Source: Candidatus Gastranaerophilales bacterium
Lineage (GTDB): Bacteria; Cyanobacteriota; Vampirovibrionia; Gastranaerophilales; Gastranaerophilaceae
Length of the DNA: 64,000 bases
Assembly: GCA_944324345.1 (NCBI GenBank)
Contig: CALUVT010000004.1
Coordinates: 116,246-180,245, forward strand
Direction of reading: 5' to 3'
Each line of letters starts with the position of its first letter. Position 1 is the first letter of the stretch. Shown here in pieces: positions 47,759-57,896 of this stretch. Under the pieces are notes generated by a model. The model did not search any database and had not been told where the DNA came from. It saw only the letters and a list, made by a program, of their open reading frames with translations. The translations under genes were made by a program, and so were the position numbers.

Positions 47759-47828
47759 TTTATTTTCCTCTCTCTATACTATAAGTTCAATTATAGTACA
47801 AATCGGACTTTATAACAATTTTTTTATA

Positions 47829-49424
47829 TTATTTTAATATGACTTCTGGATGCACTGCCAAAGACAGTTCAAATGCATCATCAAGAGCCTTGTTCACAAT
47901 GTCAATCAGCTCCTGACATCTGGTTTTTACTGCATAAGCTGCAAGGGCAATATAATCATCCTGAGCTTCCGGGGTAGATTGAATCCTATATTTTTGCCCA
48001 GACACGCCAACATTATTCCTAACTGTGTATACTGCGTATTCTAAAAGCTCTTTGTACTCATTACGGGGGTATTTTTTTAGATCTTTTAATGCTCCTATAA
48101 TATTAAAAACAGCAATTTGATATGTATCTGCCATTACATTATTTAATCCTTTTATATTTGTGTTTGCTGTAAATATTTCAGACGATTTTGGATCAATTGA
48201 ACTTTTTTGGGTATAGGGATTAAACATTGTATCACTTTTTAGTGCACCAGGTTCTAATCCTAATTTTGCTTCCACAAATCTTGTCAATTGCGTCGGAACC
48301 GTTCTTAAAGCCAAGAAAGTTTCATTTTCTTCCTTAATTTTTTTCCAAGCATATTTCATGTTTTTAGAAAAAGCCTTCTTTGCCCAATCATTTTCTGCCC
48401 AGAATAATTTCATTGCATGCATCTGCTCTTTATCTAATTTTTCCGGAGAAGACTCTACATTAAATTCTTTAATCTTTCTACCTTTCAAAAATTTTGACAA
48501 CGCATATTTTATCCTGTCAGCACCAAAAATATTCCAAGCTTTTTTCAAAACTCTGGTAAGCTCCTCTGCCTTATCAGGGTTGTTTTTGTAGAACTCTTTT
48601 TGTCTTTCTGACATTTCATAAATTCTTTCAGGATTTTCTTCGTAATAACGTTTCAACCCTTCAGAAATTCTTTTTTTGTGTTCAGCAGACAAAGGACCAC
48701 GTTTTATATAAACAGGTTCACCAGTTTCTACCTGAGCCTTTCTATCCAAAGCTATTGCGCGTTTCTCAACCATTTCACGTGTCAAACGTTCATTGTACTC
48801 AGGATCTGAAAATTTCAATATGTGACCATAATCCCTACTTGCAACAGGAATGTGTAATTTTTTCATTGTATGATGCAAATCTTGTCCATCTGCATATCTT
48901 TTTAAATCATTTAGGGAAAAACCTTCTCCCCAATATAGTTTTATCAATTGAACGGTCAAATCTTCATCATTATCAAAATACTCAAGCTCCCCTTTACGAA
49001 ATTTGTCTACGATAGAACCTTTAGCAAAAACTACATCATCTAAGGGTATAGCTTCACCAAATTCGGGGAATTTCTTTTTTATCTCGTCAAGTGTAAAGCA
49101 ATCTTTTAAAGCTGCAAAATATCTTTTATGAACGCTAATTAAAGTTTCCTTTGCTTTATTACCTTCTTCCAAGACCATCCCAGCCCACTCTCTTATATTT
49201 GGCGGATATATTGATGAATTTTTTTGGGCTAACTTATCCAGTTGTTTAATTGTTTGTGCCAAATCTAAGCTGTAACCGCCTGTAAAAGCCAAATACTGTG
49301 CGGTTGTCGGGAGTTGTGTATTTGATGCTACAGGCTTTTGTTCAGATTTAGCAGGTGTAGATGTATATTTATAGGTATTTAGTTTTGGGGTAATATTATA
49401 ATTTTGTATATTATTGATTTTCAT
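47829..49424 (-). CDS. Hypothetical protein (531 aa) inserted between fabZ and lpxA
   Basis: Long uninterrupted ORF with SD GGAG. N-terminus MKINNIQNYNITP...LAFTGGYSLDLAQTI is shared with the AAA+ ATPase. No enzymatic domain recognised. Confidence 0.6.
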   Translation of the reverse strand: MKINNIQNYNITPKLNTYKYTSTPAKSEQKPVASNTQLPTTAQYLAFTGGYSLDLAQTIKQLDKLAQKNSSIYPPNIREWAGMVLEEGNKAKETLISVHKRYFAALKDCFTLDEIKKKFPEFGEAIPLDDVVFAKGSIVDKFRKGELEYFDNDEDLTVQLIKLYWGEGFSLNDLKRYADGQDLHHTMKKLHIPVASRDYGHILKFSDPEYNERLTREMVEKRAIALDRKAQVETGEPVYIKRGPLSAEHKKRISEGLKRYYEENPERIYEMSERQKEFYKNNPDKAEELTRVLKKAWNIFGADRIKYALSKFLKGRKIKEFNVESSPEKLDKEQMHAMKLFWAENDWAKKAFSKNMKYAWKKIKEENETFLALRTVPTQLTRFVEAKLGLEPGALKSDTMFNPYTQKSSIDPKSSEIFTANTNIKGLNNVMADTYQIAVFNIIGALKDLKKYPRNEYKELLEYAVYTVRNNVGVSGQKYRIQSTPEAQDDYIALAAYAVKTRCQELIDIVNKALDDAFELSLAVHPEVILK

Positions 49425-49475
49425 TGATTTTTTCTCCGTGTTTTACAAAAATTGTAATAAAAATTTTTTGCCAAT

Positions 49476-49511
49476 AAAAAAAAGTAAATCCTCTAGAGAT
49501 TTACTTTTTTT
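49476..49511 (-). terminator. Hairpin terminator between fabZ and the 531-aa gene
   Basis: AAGTAAATC / GATTTACTT stem flanked by A-run and T-run. Confidence 0.55.
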
Positions 49512-49531
49512 AACATTAAAAATTGAATAGT

Positions 49532-49984
49532 TTATTTTAATGCAAAAGTCATATCAGCTTCTACACAAACTTTACCATCAACTCTTCCAATACCATGAGC
49601 CTTGCATACAGGGCCTTTAACTTTAGTAAGTTCTACTTCCATTTCAAATTTGTCACCCGGTCTTACGATATTTTTAAATCTTACGCCATCAACACCGGCA
49701 TACAAAGTTAATTTACCATTAAACTCAGGCATAGTCATTAATATAGGAGCAGAACATTGAGCCATAGCTTCCAATTGCAATACACCAGGCATAATCGGAT
49801 TATTTGGGAAATGTCCTTGGAAAAATTCTTCATTCATTGTCAAATTTTTGTAACCTTTTGCACTTTTTCCTGGAATACACTCTGTTATTCTGTCCACAAG
49901 TAAAAACGGATATCTGTGCGGAATCATCTTCATAATGTCCATAATGTCAAAGCTTAATGCTTCAGTTTTAGTTTCTTCTGTCAT
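49532..49984 (-). CDS. fabZ: 3-hydroxyacyl-ACP dehydratase
   Basis: PHRYPFLLVDR, GHFP..PIMPGVLQLEAMAQ. Confidence 0.95.
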   Translation of the reverse strand: MTEETKTEALSFDIMDIMKMIPHRYPFLLVDRITECIPGKSAKGYKNLTMNEEFFQGHFPNNPIMPGVLQLEAMAQCSAPILMTMPEFNGKLTLYAGVDGVRFKNIVRPGDKFEMEVELTKVKGPVCKAHGIGRVDGKVCVEADMTFALK

Positions 49985-49994
49985 TTTTCTCTCC

Positions 49995-50813
49995 TTATTT
50001 ACATTCTATTAATTTCTCTTTTAACATTTTTGCAACTTTTAAGTGAACCGCATGTCCTGCCTCTTTCACTAATATTTGACATCTTAAATTTAGCGGATTA
50101 ACACCTGTTAAATACAAATCCCCGATTAAATCCAGTATTTTATGTTTTATCGGTTCGTTTTCTGAACGCAGGGCCGATGTATACCCGCTGTCTTGCAATC
50201 CAAGGGTATTTTCTATATTAACACCTTGAGCAAAACCAAGCATCTGAAATTTTCTCAAATCCTTATAAAAACCAAAAGTTCTGGCTTCTATGATTTCTTT
50301 TTTGTCTTTAGGATTATATGCAACCCAGCGTCTTGTTAAATCAGGATGATCATAATTCACAGCATAGGAAATATACAAATCTTTATCAGGTAGAACCACA
50401 AGACTTGTTTTCCCATTCAAATAATATACAGGTTCATTCACAGTATAACATTTACTTTTTTCAAACAAATGTTTTTCTATCCCGGCTTTTTCAAAGAGTT
50501 CAACCCATTTTTTGGAACTGCCATCAAGTGCCGGAACTTCCATTTCATCCATACAAATATCAATACTGTCTATTCCGCAAAAAGCCAAAGCCGCAGTTAA
50601 ATGTTCCGTAAGCATAGCCTTAGATTTTTTATCTCCCAATACTACGCAATGATCTGTCGATAGAACATTTTCAACGCAAGCTTCAAAGGGTTCACCGCCG
50701 TTTACAAAATATCGTATTTTGCCTGATTTAGATGGGAAAAAGTTTACGGTACAGGGCTTGTTTTTCATAAGCCCGTTTCCTGATATAGAAATTTCTTTAA
50801 GAATTGTGGTCAT
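49995..50813 (-). CDS. lpxC: UDP-3-O-acyl-N-acetylglucosamine deacetylase
   Basis: [30 protein letters not shown]. Start at MTTILKE (50813), overlapping the lpxD stop by 17 nt. Confidence 0.9.
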   Translation of the reverse strand: MTTILKEISISGNGLMKNKPCTVNFFPSKSGKIRYFVNGGEPFEACVENVLSTDHCVVLGDKKSKAMLTEHLTAALAFCGIDSIDICMDEMEVPALDGSSKKWVELFEKAGIEKHLFEKSKCYTVNEPVYYLNGKTSLVVLPDKDLYISYAVNYDHPDLTRRWVAYNPKDKKEIIEARTFGFYKDLRKFQMLGFAQGVNIENTLGLQDSGYTSALRSENEPIKHKILDLIGDLYLTGVNPLNLRCQILVKEAGHAVHLKVAKMLKEKLIECK

Positions 50814-51900
50814 GTGATATGTTATCCTCAAACTCTTTTAAAAGCGGCTCATATTTACGGAATTTTGCAAAAATCTCTTGAGCATCTTTCAATGTCTTTA
50901 ATTGTTTGATAAAATCTTTTCTCGGCATAGCAGGAATACCGACAACAATTGATTTTTCAGGGAAAGATTTTGTCACACCAGCTTTTGCAGTAATAATTGT
51001 ATCAGAGCCAATCTCAATATGGTCTGCCAAACCTGCCTGACCTGCAATCGTAACTCTGTCTCCAATAACGCAGCTTCCTGCAATACCAACTTGAGACACA
51101 ATGAAACAGCCTTTGCCGATTTTGCAATTGTGGCCAATCATTACAAGGTCATCAATTTTTGTATCATCTCCAATTGTTGTATTTTCAATTGTTCCTCTAT
51201 CAATTGCAGTATTTGCACCGATTTCTACGTTATTTCCTATTACAACAGAACCTATTGAAGGAATTTTGAATATAACTTGTTTTGTCAACGATTCTTTTAT
51301 CTCACCTTCTTTTCTTGCCTGTTCAATATTATCAGGGTTCTCCGTTACGAAACTAAACCCATCAGCACCCAAAGATACTCCGTGATGAAGAATAACGTCA
51401 TTACCAACTTTTACTCGATCTCCGATATTTACTCCCGGGTGGAAGAAACAGTTTTTACCGATAACAGCTCCTCCTCCGACGTAGCAATTTGCTAAAATCT
51501 TTGTATTATCACCGATAACAGCATCATGAGATATTACAACATTTGGCCCTATTTGAACATTTTCACCGAGTTTTGCAGTTTCATGTACAACAGCGGTCGG
51601 ATGAACGCCCTTATTAACCTCAGGAGCTGTATAAAACATATTAAGAAGTTTCATCATCGCAAGCCTTGGTCTTTCGACTTCAATCGTAGTCAAATTATCA
51701 ATTTGAACTCCAAGAGGAACAAGTGCTGCCTTTGCTTTTGATTTAGCAAGATTTGCAATTTCTTCTTCCCCTAAAGCGAGAGCAAGAGTATTTTCATCCG
51801 AAAGCAAAGGTGGAGCTATTTGCGTAATTTTTACGTCCTGAACTTTTGTCAACATTCCGCCGGTAATATGCGTGATTTCTTCTAATGTAAAAGTTTTCAT
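50797..51900 (-). CDS. lpxD: UDP-3-O-(3-hydroxyacyl)glucosamine N-acyltransferase
   Basis: N-terminal LpxD domain plus long hexapeptide-repeat helix. ATG 51900 has SD AAGGAG. Confidence 0.9.
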   Translation of the reverse strand: MKTFTLEEITHITGGMLTKVQDVKITQIAPPLLSDENTLALALGEEEIANLAKSKAKAALVPLGVQIDNLTTIEVERPRLAMMKLLNMFYTAPEVNKGVHPTAVVHETAKLGENVQIGPNVVISHDAVIGDNTKILANCYVGGGAVIGKNCFFHPGVNIGDRVKVGNDVILHHGVSLGADGFSFVTENPDNIEQARKEGEIKESLTKQVIFKIPSIGSVVIGNNVEIGANTAIDRGTIENTTIGDDTKIDDLVMIGHNCKIGKGCFIVSQVGIAGSCVIGDRVTIAGQAGLADHIEIGSDTIITAKAGVTKSFPEKSIVVGIPAMPRKDFIKQLKTLKDAQEIFAKFRKYEPLLKEFEDNISHDHNS

Positions 51901-51929
51901 ATACACTTCTCCTTTTATATAAAATTCTA

Positions 51930-52391
51930 TTATTGTTTCATTTTGGCAATGGTATTTGTAGTTGATTTACCTTCAACAAACTCTATAAATTCAACTTTTG
52001 TTCCGTTTTTCTTCATTATGTCAGCTTCAGGTAAAGTTTCCATATTGTAATCGGCACCTTTTGTATAAACATCAGGCTTGATTTCATCCAAGAGATCTTT
52101 AGGACTATCTTCATCAAATAATACCACATAATCAACGTATCTCAAAGCACTTAATATTTCAGCTCTGTCATTTTCGTTATTTATGGGGCGAGATGGTCCT
52201 TTTATGCTTCTTACCGATTTATCGGAATTTAATAAGACAATACAAAAATCTCCGAATGACTTGGTTTTTTGAAGATATCTTACATGACCTACATGAAGAA
52301 TATCAAAACAGCCATTTGTGCAAACCACTGTTTTGCCAGACTTATGAATTTCATCTACTAAAGATTTTATGTTTTCTCTCTTTACCAACAT
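51930..52391 (-). CDS. D-glycero-beta-D-manno-heptose 1-phosphate adenylyltransferase (RfaE/HldE domain II type)
   Basis: [50 protein letters not shown]. Confidence 0.8.
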   Translation of the reverse strand: MLVKRENIKSLVDEIHKSGKTVVCTNGCFDILHVGHVRYLQKTKSFGDFCIVLLNSDKSVRSIKGPSRPINNENDRAEILSALRYVDYVVLFDEDSPKDLLDEIKPDVYTKGADYNMETLPEADIMKKNGTKVEFIEFVEGKSTTNTIAKMKQ

Positions 52392-52471
52392 ATCCGCTAA
52401 CTCGTATTCTACGTCTTAATTTTAGCAAAAACATTCTTAAAAATCTTTAAAAGTTACCTTTTGTTAAGCAA

Positions 52472-52497
52472 CAATAAAGCCCGCTTATGCGGGCTTT
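52472..52497 (-). terminator. GC-rich hairpin terminator
   Basis: AAAGCCCGC-TTAT-GCGGGCTTT. On the minus strand it is followed by TTTATTGTT. Confidence 0.65.
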
Positions 52498-52505
52498 GTA
52501 CAACT

Positions 52506-52643
52506 TTAAGCAATCTGCAAGGTCTCATCCAAATAATCACAGGATAATCTTGGCATATCCACTTCTATTTTTTTTGATTTTTGAGAATGTAAAACCTTTT
52601 TAGTTTTTGCTTCCTGCTCCTTTTTTACTTCCAATTTTTCCAT
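52506..52643 (-). CDS. Unannotated small ORF (45 aa, K/E-rich)
   Basis: Hand translation gives MEKLEVKKEQEAKTKKVLHSQKSKKIEVDMPRLSCDYLDETLQIA. GGGGGA lies about 10 nt upstream of the ATG. Terminator follows directly. Below the size cutoff of the ORF track. Confidence 0.3.
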   Translation of the reverse strand: MEKLEVKKEQEAKTKKVLHSQKSKKIEVDMPRLSCDYLDETLQIA

Positions 52644-52748
52644 AACAACGTATCCCCCACTTTTCCATCTAATTTTATAAAAACATTTTATGTGGAATAT
52701 TTGCTCAACCTAAGGGACATGTTAACTTTTGTTAATTATAGATATTTT

Positions 52749-53765
52749 TTAAAACAACTGCATCTCAATAATTTTTTTACAAATTCTTACGGTATTTAAC
52801 GCCGCTCCTATTCGTAAATTATCTGCAACGCACCACAGTGAAATACCGTTTTTAAAGGCAAGATTTTTCCTTATTCTGCCTACAAAAACAGGATCAACTC
52901 CTGATGCATCTTTTGTAGTTGGGTATTCAAAGTTTGCAGGATTGTCAATAACTTTTACACCGAACGAATTTTTCAATATTTCGCGAACCGCATCCGGGGT
53001 AATTTCATTTTCAAATTCAATATCAACAGCTTCTGAATGCCCGTTATAAACAGGTACACGTGCAGCAGTACATGATATCGGCAAATCATCTGGGAGATGA
53101 AGAATTTTTTTTGTTTCATTTACAACTTTCATTTCTTCTTTCGTGTAACCGTTTTCACAGAACACGTCAATTTGCGGAATTACGTTGAAAGCAATCGGTT
53201 TTTTAAAACATTTGTTTTCAAAATCTCTTCCTTCAAGGCGTGCTTTTGTATTTGCAGTTAATTCATTTATAGCAGCTAACCCGGCACCTGATACTGCCTG
53301 ATATGTTGATACTATAAGTCTTTTCATCGGATTCTTATCAATTAACGGTTTTAGAACAAGCATCAATTGAGATGTTGAGCAGTTTGGATTTGCGATAATC
53401 CCTTTATGCTTTCTCAAATCCTCATCATTAACATACGCAATTACAAGCGGAACATCTTCATCCATTCTAAATGCAGAAGAGTTATCTACCAATACACCGC
53501 CTCTTTTTACTATTTCCGGAGCAAAGATTTTTGAAGTTGAAGCTCCGGCCGAGGCAAGAACAATATTAACCCCATCAAAACTTTCGGGTTTAGCTTCCTC
53601 TACGGTATAGGATTTTCCCTTAAATTCAAGCCTCGTTCCTGCGGAACGTGCACTTGACAAAAACTTAATCTCATTAAATTCAATATTAAGCTCGTCAACT
53701 ATTTTTGTAATTTCTCTGCCTACAACCCCTGTAGCACCCAGTATTGCGATATTTGGTTTTCTCAT
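52749..53765 (-). CDS. asd: Aspartate-semialdehyde dehydrogenase
   Basis: ILGATGVVG, active site NPNCSTSQ. Confidence 0.95.
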   Translation of the reverse strand: MRKPNIAILGATGVVGREITKIVDELNIEFNEIKFLSSARSAGTRLEFKGKSYTVEEAKPESFDGVNIVLASAGASTSKIFAPEIVKRGGVLVDNSSAFRMDEDVPLVIAYVNDEDLRKHKGIIANPNCSTSQLMLVLKPLIDKNPMKRLIVSTYQAVSGAGLAAINELTANTKARLEGRDFENKCFKKPIAFNVIPQIDVFCENGYTKEEMKVVNETKKILHLPDDLPISCTAARVPVYNGHSEAVDIEFENEITPDAVREILKNSFGVKVIDNPANFEYPTTKDASGVDPVFVGRIRKNLAFKNGISLWCVADNLRIGAALNTVRICKKIIEMQLF

Positions 53766-53775
53766 TATTAATCCC

Positions 53776-54522
53776 TTACATTATATTATCTAATCCGTAC
53801 ACAAAGTCGTTATTTTCATAAACATGTTTTACTGCGAGCATTACTCCTTGCATGTAACATTTTCTGTCCATTGAATCATGGCGTATTGTCATAATTTGAC
53901 CTGATGAACCAAAGATTACTTCTTGTGATGCAATGTAACCCGGCATTCTGACAGAATGTATATGAATATTTGAATAAGAATTACCGCCTCTTGCACCTTC
54001 TATTGTTTCCGTTTCAGGACAATTATTTTTTGTAAAATCATCTTTGACTTCTGCCATCATAGCAGCCGTTTTAATTGCGGTACCAGATGGAGCATCCTTC
54101 TTTTGATTATGATGAAGCTCTATAATTTCAGCGTTATCAAAATACTTTGATGCCTGACGTGCAAACATCATCATTAAAACTGCACCTGTTGAAAAATTCG
54201 GAGCAATCAAACACCCTGTATTTTTTTCTTTAGAAAGATTTTTCAAAAATTCAATTTCTTCATCTTTCAAACCTGTTGTTCCAATTACGATTTTTATTCC
54301 GTTATTCAAACAATATTTTGCGTTTTCAAAAATTGATTTTGGCTGTGTAAAATCAACCAAAACATCTATGTCACACGCTTTGTGAGCTTCTTCAATAGAC
54401 TTAAATTCTGCACCTGCAATATCTATTTGGGCAGCTAATTCAGTATCTGAGCAATCTTTCACAGCCTGAACAACTTCCGTACCCATTTTTCCCAAAGCTC
54501 CACAAACAGCAACTTTTATCAT
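53776..54522 (-). CDS. dapB: 4-hydroxy-tetrahydrodipicolinate reductase
   Basis: CGALGKMG, ELHHNQKKDAPSGTA. Confidence 0.9.
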   Translation of the reverse strand: MIKVAVCGALGKMGTEVVQAVKDCSDTELAAQIDIAGAEFKSIEEAHKACDIDVLVDFTQPKSIFENAKYCLNNGIKIVIGTTGLKDEEIEFLKNLSKEKNTGCLIAPNFSTGAVLMMMFARQASKYFDNAEIIELHHNQKKDAPSGTAIKTAAMMAEVKDDFTKNNCPETETIEGARGGNSYSNIHIHSVRMPGYIASQEVIFGSSGQIMTIRHDSMDRKCYMQGVMLAVKHVYENNDFVYGLDNIM

Positions 54523-54616
54523 AAAACTTTCTCCTTATTATTTACTTTACTTTATCATAAAAAAAGTTTTCTGTGCTAAGATTAAAATGTAATATTTAAA
54601 TAAGGAGAGATAGAAA

Positions 54617-54853
54617 ATGGCAGATGCAAAAATTTTAGCTACTATTGAAAGAAGTGACACTGAACAATTACAGATTTCCGTCAGCGAATACAAAGGTAGA
54701 AGTTATTTGAATATGAGAATATTTTATACAACTGACGATGGTGCAACCTGGCTGCCTACAAAGAAAGGGGTTACTTTCTCTCCTGATCAGCTTGATTTGT
54801 TGGAAGAAGCTATTCAGGAAGCAAGAAAAGAATTTATGTCAGAAGCTGAGTAG
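54617..54853 (+). CDS. PC4-like (YdbC-type) ssDNA-binding small protein, putative
   Basis: 78 aa. Pattern E.L.IS.SEYKGRSYLN.R.FY..DDG..LPTKKG.TF resembles the bacterial PC4/p15 fold family. Confidence 0.5.
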   Translation: MADAKILATIERSDTEQLQISVSEYKGRSYLNMRIFYTTDDGATWLPTKKGVTFSPDQLDLLEEAIQEARKEFMSEAE

Positions 54854-54908
54854 GTTTTTGCCTACTCTTTCTGTTTCAGATTTTCCATTTTATTAAAAAG
54901 GAGACAGC

Positions 54909-57110
54909 TTGAGTAAATACGCATCAGCACTTGTTAACATTAAAGGTCTCGGGGTTAAAACTTTCAGCTACCTGATACCTGACGATATGAAAGATAAAAT
55001 TAAGATTGGACAGGCCCTGCTTGTCCCTTTTGGCAGACAAGGGCTTATTAATGCTTTTTGTGTAGGGTTTTCGGATTATTTACCGGGCGACTTTAAAATA
55101 AAAAAAATCAACAAAATCTTAGATGAAACCCCTCTGTTTTCAATTGAATATTTAAAACTTCTTGAATGGATAGCAAATTACTATTGCTGCGATTTGGTAA
55201 CCGTTTTAAATGCGGCTATCCCCTTGAAACTTATAGAAAAAGCTTCTAAAACCGAGCAAATCATTGAATTTGTAAAATACGACGGAGCGACAAAAAGACA
55301 AATCGAAATTTTACAACTACTCGAAAAATCAGGTAAAATGCCTCTCATTTTGTTTGAAAAATACGCAAAAACAACAAGAGCAACAATAAAAAAACTTGAA
55401 CAATCAGGCTGTGTGAAACTTGTCCAAGAAGAACTTTACAGAAACCCTCTGGACATTTTAAGAATTACAGAACGTGAACCTTTATTTGAACTTTCAGGAG
55501 ATCAAAAAAAAGTTTACGAAGGAATAAAAGAAAAAATTAATGGTCATGGAGAAATTCTTCTTCACGGCGTAACTGCTTCAGGCAAAACAGAAGTTTATTT
55601 CAAACTCATAGATGACACGATAAAAGCAGGGAAAAACGTTCTATTTCTGGCTCCTGAAATAGCACTTGCATCTCAGCTCACTAAAAGACTTGCAAAAAAA
55701 TTCGGGACAAAAGATGTTGCAATCTGGCACAGCAGCATATCAGACGGGGAAAGATACGATGTATGGCAAAAACTTTATAAAGACGAAATAAAGATTTTAG
55801 CAGGAGCAAGATCTGCAGTATTTGCCCCCTTAAAAAATATCGGATTAATCATTATAGATGAAGAACATGAAGGAGCCTACAAACAAACAACTCCGGCCCC
55901 CAGATATGATGCAAGAGTTGTTGCAAAAAAGTTGGCAGAATTTCACAACTGTCCGCTTTTACTAGGTTCTGCAACACCTGACATCTCTTCTTACTACAAA
56001 GCTATAAATTCCAATAATCTGTTTGAGTTAAAACACAGATACAATAATGCCAAAATTCCGCCGGTAATAGTTATAAATATGCAGGAATACGGCAAAGGTG
56101 CCTACAAAAATGTTATCTCAATTCCCCTCCAAAGTGAAATCAAAGAAACATTATCAAAAGGCCAACAAGTAATTTTATTAATAAACAGACGAGGTTTTTC
56201 AACCTTCACTCAATGCCAAGCATGCGGACACGTCATAGAATGTCCGAACTGTGCAATCCCAATGATATGGCATGCGAAAGATCAAATGCTAAAATGCCAT
56301 TATTGTAATCAAGTTGAATACTTTCCGGACTTCTGCCCCGAATGCGGTTCCGATGCACTAAAAACAAGCGGGACCGGAACTCAGAAAATAGAACAGTATA
56401 TCAAAGATCTTTTCCCGGACAATAATATTGAAAGAATTGACAGTGATATATTAGTAAAAAAAGGTGAACATATAAGACTTTTAGAAAGGTTTCAACGCAA
56501 AGAAATTGATATTCTTGTCGGAACTCAAATGATTGCAAAAGGCTTGGACAATCCAAATGTAACCCTTGTTGGTGTAATTTCCGCAGATGCAAGCTTTAAT
56601 TTGCCCGATTTCAGAGCCTCGGAAAGAGGTTTCCAGCTGCTTACACAAGTCGCAGGCCGAGCAGGAAGAGGTGAGTTTTCTGGGAAAGTTTTGTTCCAAA
56701 CATACAATCCCGACTTCTATGCATTGGAAAGTGCTAAATCGCAAAATTATAATGAATTTTACACAACGGAAATTACAGCCAGAGAAGAATTTGATTATCC
56801 GCCTTTCAGCCAAATAGTCAGACTTATTCTAAGCTGCCCAAACAATTTCAGGGCCGAAAAATCCGCACAAGAAATAGCACTGCGTCTTTGCACAATGATT
56901 GAAAAATTTGGGATTTCAGAAAGACTCGAAGTTCTTGGACCAACACCCTGTGTAATTGAAAGAATCAACGGACAATATCGTTTCCAAATTATAATAAAAA
57001 ACAAACTTGATAAAAAAGGTCACGATTTTATCTCAAGTTTTTTGAATAAAATTACACTCCCAAAAGATATTAAAATGATTATAGATGTCGACCCTTTAGA
57101 CATTTTATAA
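54909..57110 (+). CDS. priA: Primosomal protein N' (replication restart helicase)
   Basis: GVTASGKTEVY, IIDEEHE, Cys4 zinc-finger insert (CQACG..CPNC...CHYC..CPECG), QVAGRAGR. TTG start with SD AAGGAG. Confidence 0.9.
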   Translation: MSKYASALVNIKGLGVKTFSYLIPDDMKDKIKIGQALLVPFGRQGLINAFCVGFSDYLPGDFKIKKINKILDETPLFSIEYLKLLEWIANYYCCDLVTVLNAAIPLKLIEKASKTEQIIEFVKYDGATKRQIEILQLLEKSGKMPLILFEKYAKTTRATIKKLEQSGCVKLVQEELYRNPLDILRITEREPLFELSGDQKKVYEGIKEKINGHGEILLHGVTASGKTEVYFKLIDDTIKAGKNVLFLAPEIALASQLTKRLAKKFGTKDVAIWHSSISDGERYDVWQKLYKDEIKILAGARSAVFAPLKNIGLIIIDEEHEGAYKQTTPAPRYDARVVAKKLAEFHNCPLLLGSATPDISSYYKAINSNNLFELKHRYNNAKIPPVIVINMQEYGKGAYKNVISIPLQSEIKETLSKGQQVILLINRRGFSTFTQCQACGHVIECPNCAIPMIWHAKDQMLKCHYCNQVEYFPDFCPECGSDALKTSGTGTQKIEQYIKDLFPDNNIERIDSDILVKKGEHIRLLERFQRKEIDILVGTQMIAKGLDNPNVTLVGVISADASFNLPDFRASERGFQLLTQVAGRAGRGEFSGKVLFQTYNPDFYALESAKSQNYNEFYTTEITAREEFDYPPFSQIVRLILSCPNNFRAEKSAQEIALRLCTMIEKFGISERLEVLGPTPCVIERINGQYRFQIIIKNKLDKKGHDFISSFLNKITLPKDIKMIIDVDPLDIL

Positions 57111-57142
57111 TTTCATAAACCAAAATTCCTAAAAAAAATAGC

Positions 57143-57176
57143 CGAATTGAATCAATTCGACCTTATATTTTTTGGT
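57143..57176 (+). terminator. Weak AT-rich hairpin after priA
   Basis: CGAATTGA a TCAATTCG palindrome followed by TTATATTTTTT. Confidence 0.3.
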
Positions 57177-57190
57177 GAAAAAATATAAAA

Positions 57191-57718
57191 TTATGCGATA
57201 AAGTCATCTTTCATGACGTTACGCGCAAAACCAGCTAAGAAACCGGCACCAGCACCAGCTACCAAAAACGGTACTGCCGGTCTTTTAAACTTAAGCATTA
57301 CATGGTATGCAACAGCAAACTTTCTAGTCATAGACTTTGAAGTTTCGTTAACATAACGAATAATGTTTCTAAACTCTTTACCTGCTGCAGAATCCTCTCC
57401 GCCTAACTTTGTAACTTTTTCGGTAACATTTTTGAAAGAAAAAGCGTCTTTCTTTATCTTATCTTCATTCTCAATCATTTTTATAAACATGTCCTGAGCA
57501 GGAGATAATTGAGGTTTTAACTTAAATTCCGCAACACAATTTTTATTAGTAACCTTACGGCAGTAATTAATTACAGTACGGGGATTAAAATCATTCTCCT
57601 GTTTTGTCACAGGCCAAAAATACTTGAGAGAATAGCCCGCAGCTGTTCCTAAAGCTGTCGATTTTACGATAGTACTCAAATGTGAATTTTCATTTTGTCC
57701 AACTGCACCTACTGTCAT
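57191..57718 (-). CDS. Hypothetical protein (175 aa) with C-terminal glycine-zipper TM
   Basis: ORF with C-terminus PAVPFLVAGAGAGFLAGFA. No recognisable domain. Confidence 0.45.
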   Translation of the reverse strand: MTVGAVGQNENSHLSTIVKSTALGTAAGYSLKYFWPVTKQENDFNPRTVINYCRKVTNKNCVAEFKLKPQLSPAQDMFIKMIENEDKIKKDAFSFKNVTEKVTKLGGEDSAAGKEFRNIIRYVNETSKSMTRKFAVAYHVMLKFKRPAVPFLVAGAGAGFLAGFARNVMKDDFIA

Positions 57719-57896
57719 AGCTAATAAACCTTTACTTAACTAACACATGTACGACCTTCGCGGTTAAACTTACGAATAAATTTAACTTAGAATGAATATG
57801 GGTGGACTTACACTTAAATATTCTGAACATCTATCTCGTGAAAACGACATGGCTCAAAACTGAGTAATTAAATCCATGTGAGATGATAACACATAA

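Noticed and set aside
48560-48720. NUMOD3-like motif (GPLSAEHKKRISEGLKRYY) in the 531-aa protein, hinting at a homing-endonuclease relationship.
   Set aside because: It is a single short motif with no GIY-YIG, HNH or LAGLIDADG catalytic domain. It is too weak to call and is mentioned only as a lead.
57808-57873. 21-codon plus-strand ORF (MGGLTLKYSEHLSRENDMAQN) in the 178-bp spacer.
   Set aside because: It has no SD, is very short, and runs opposite to both flanking genes, so it is probably fortuitous.
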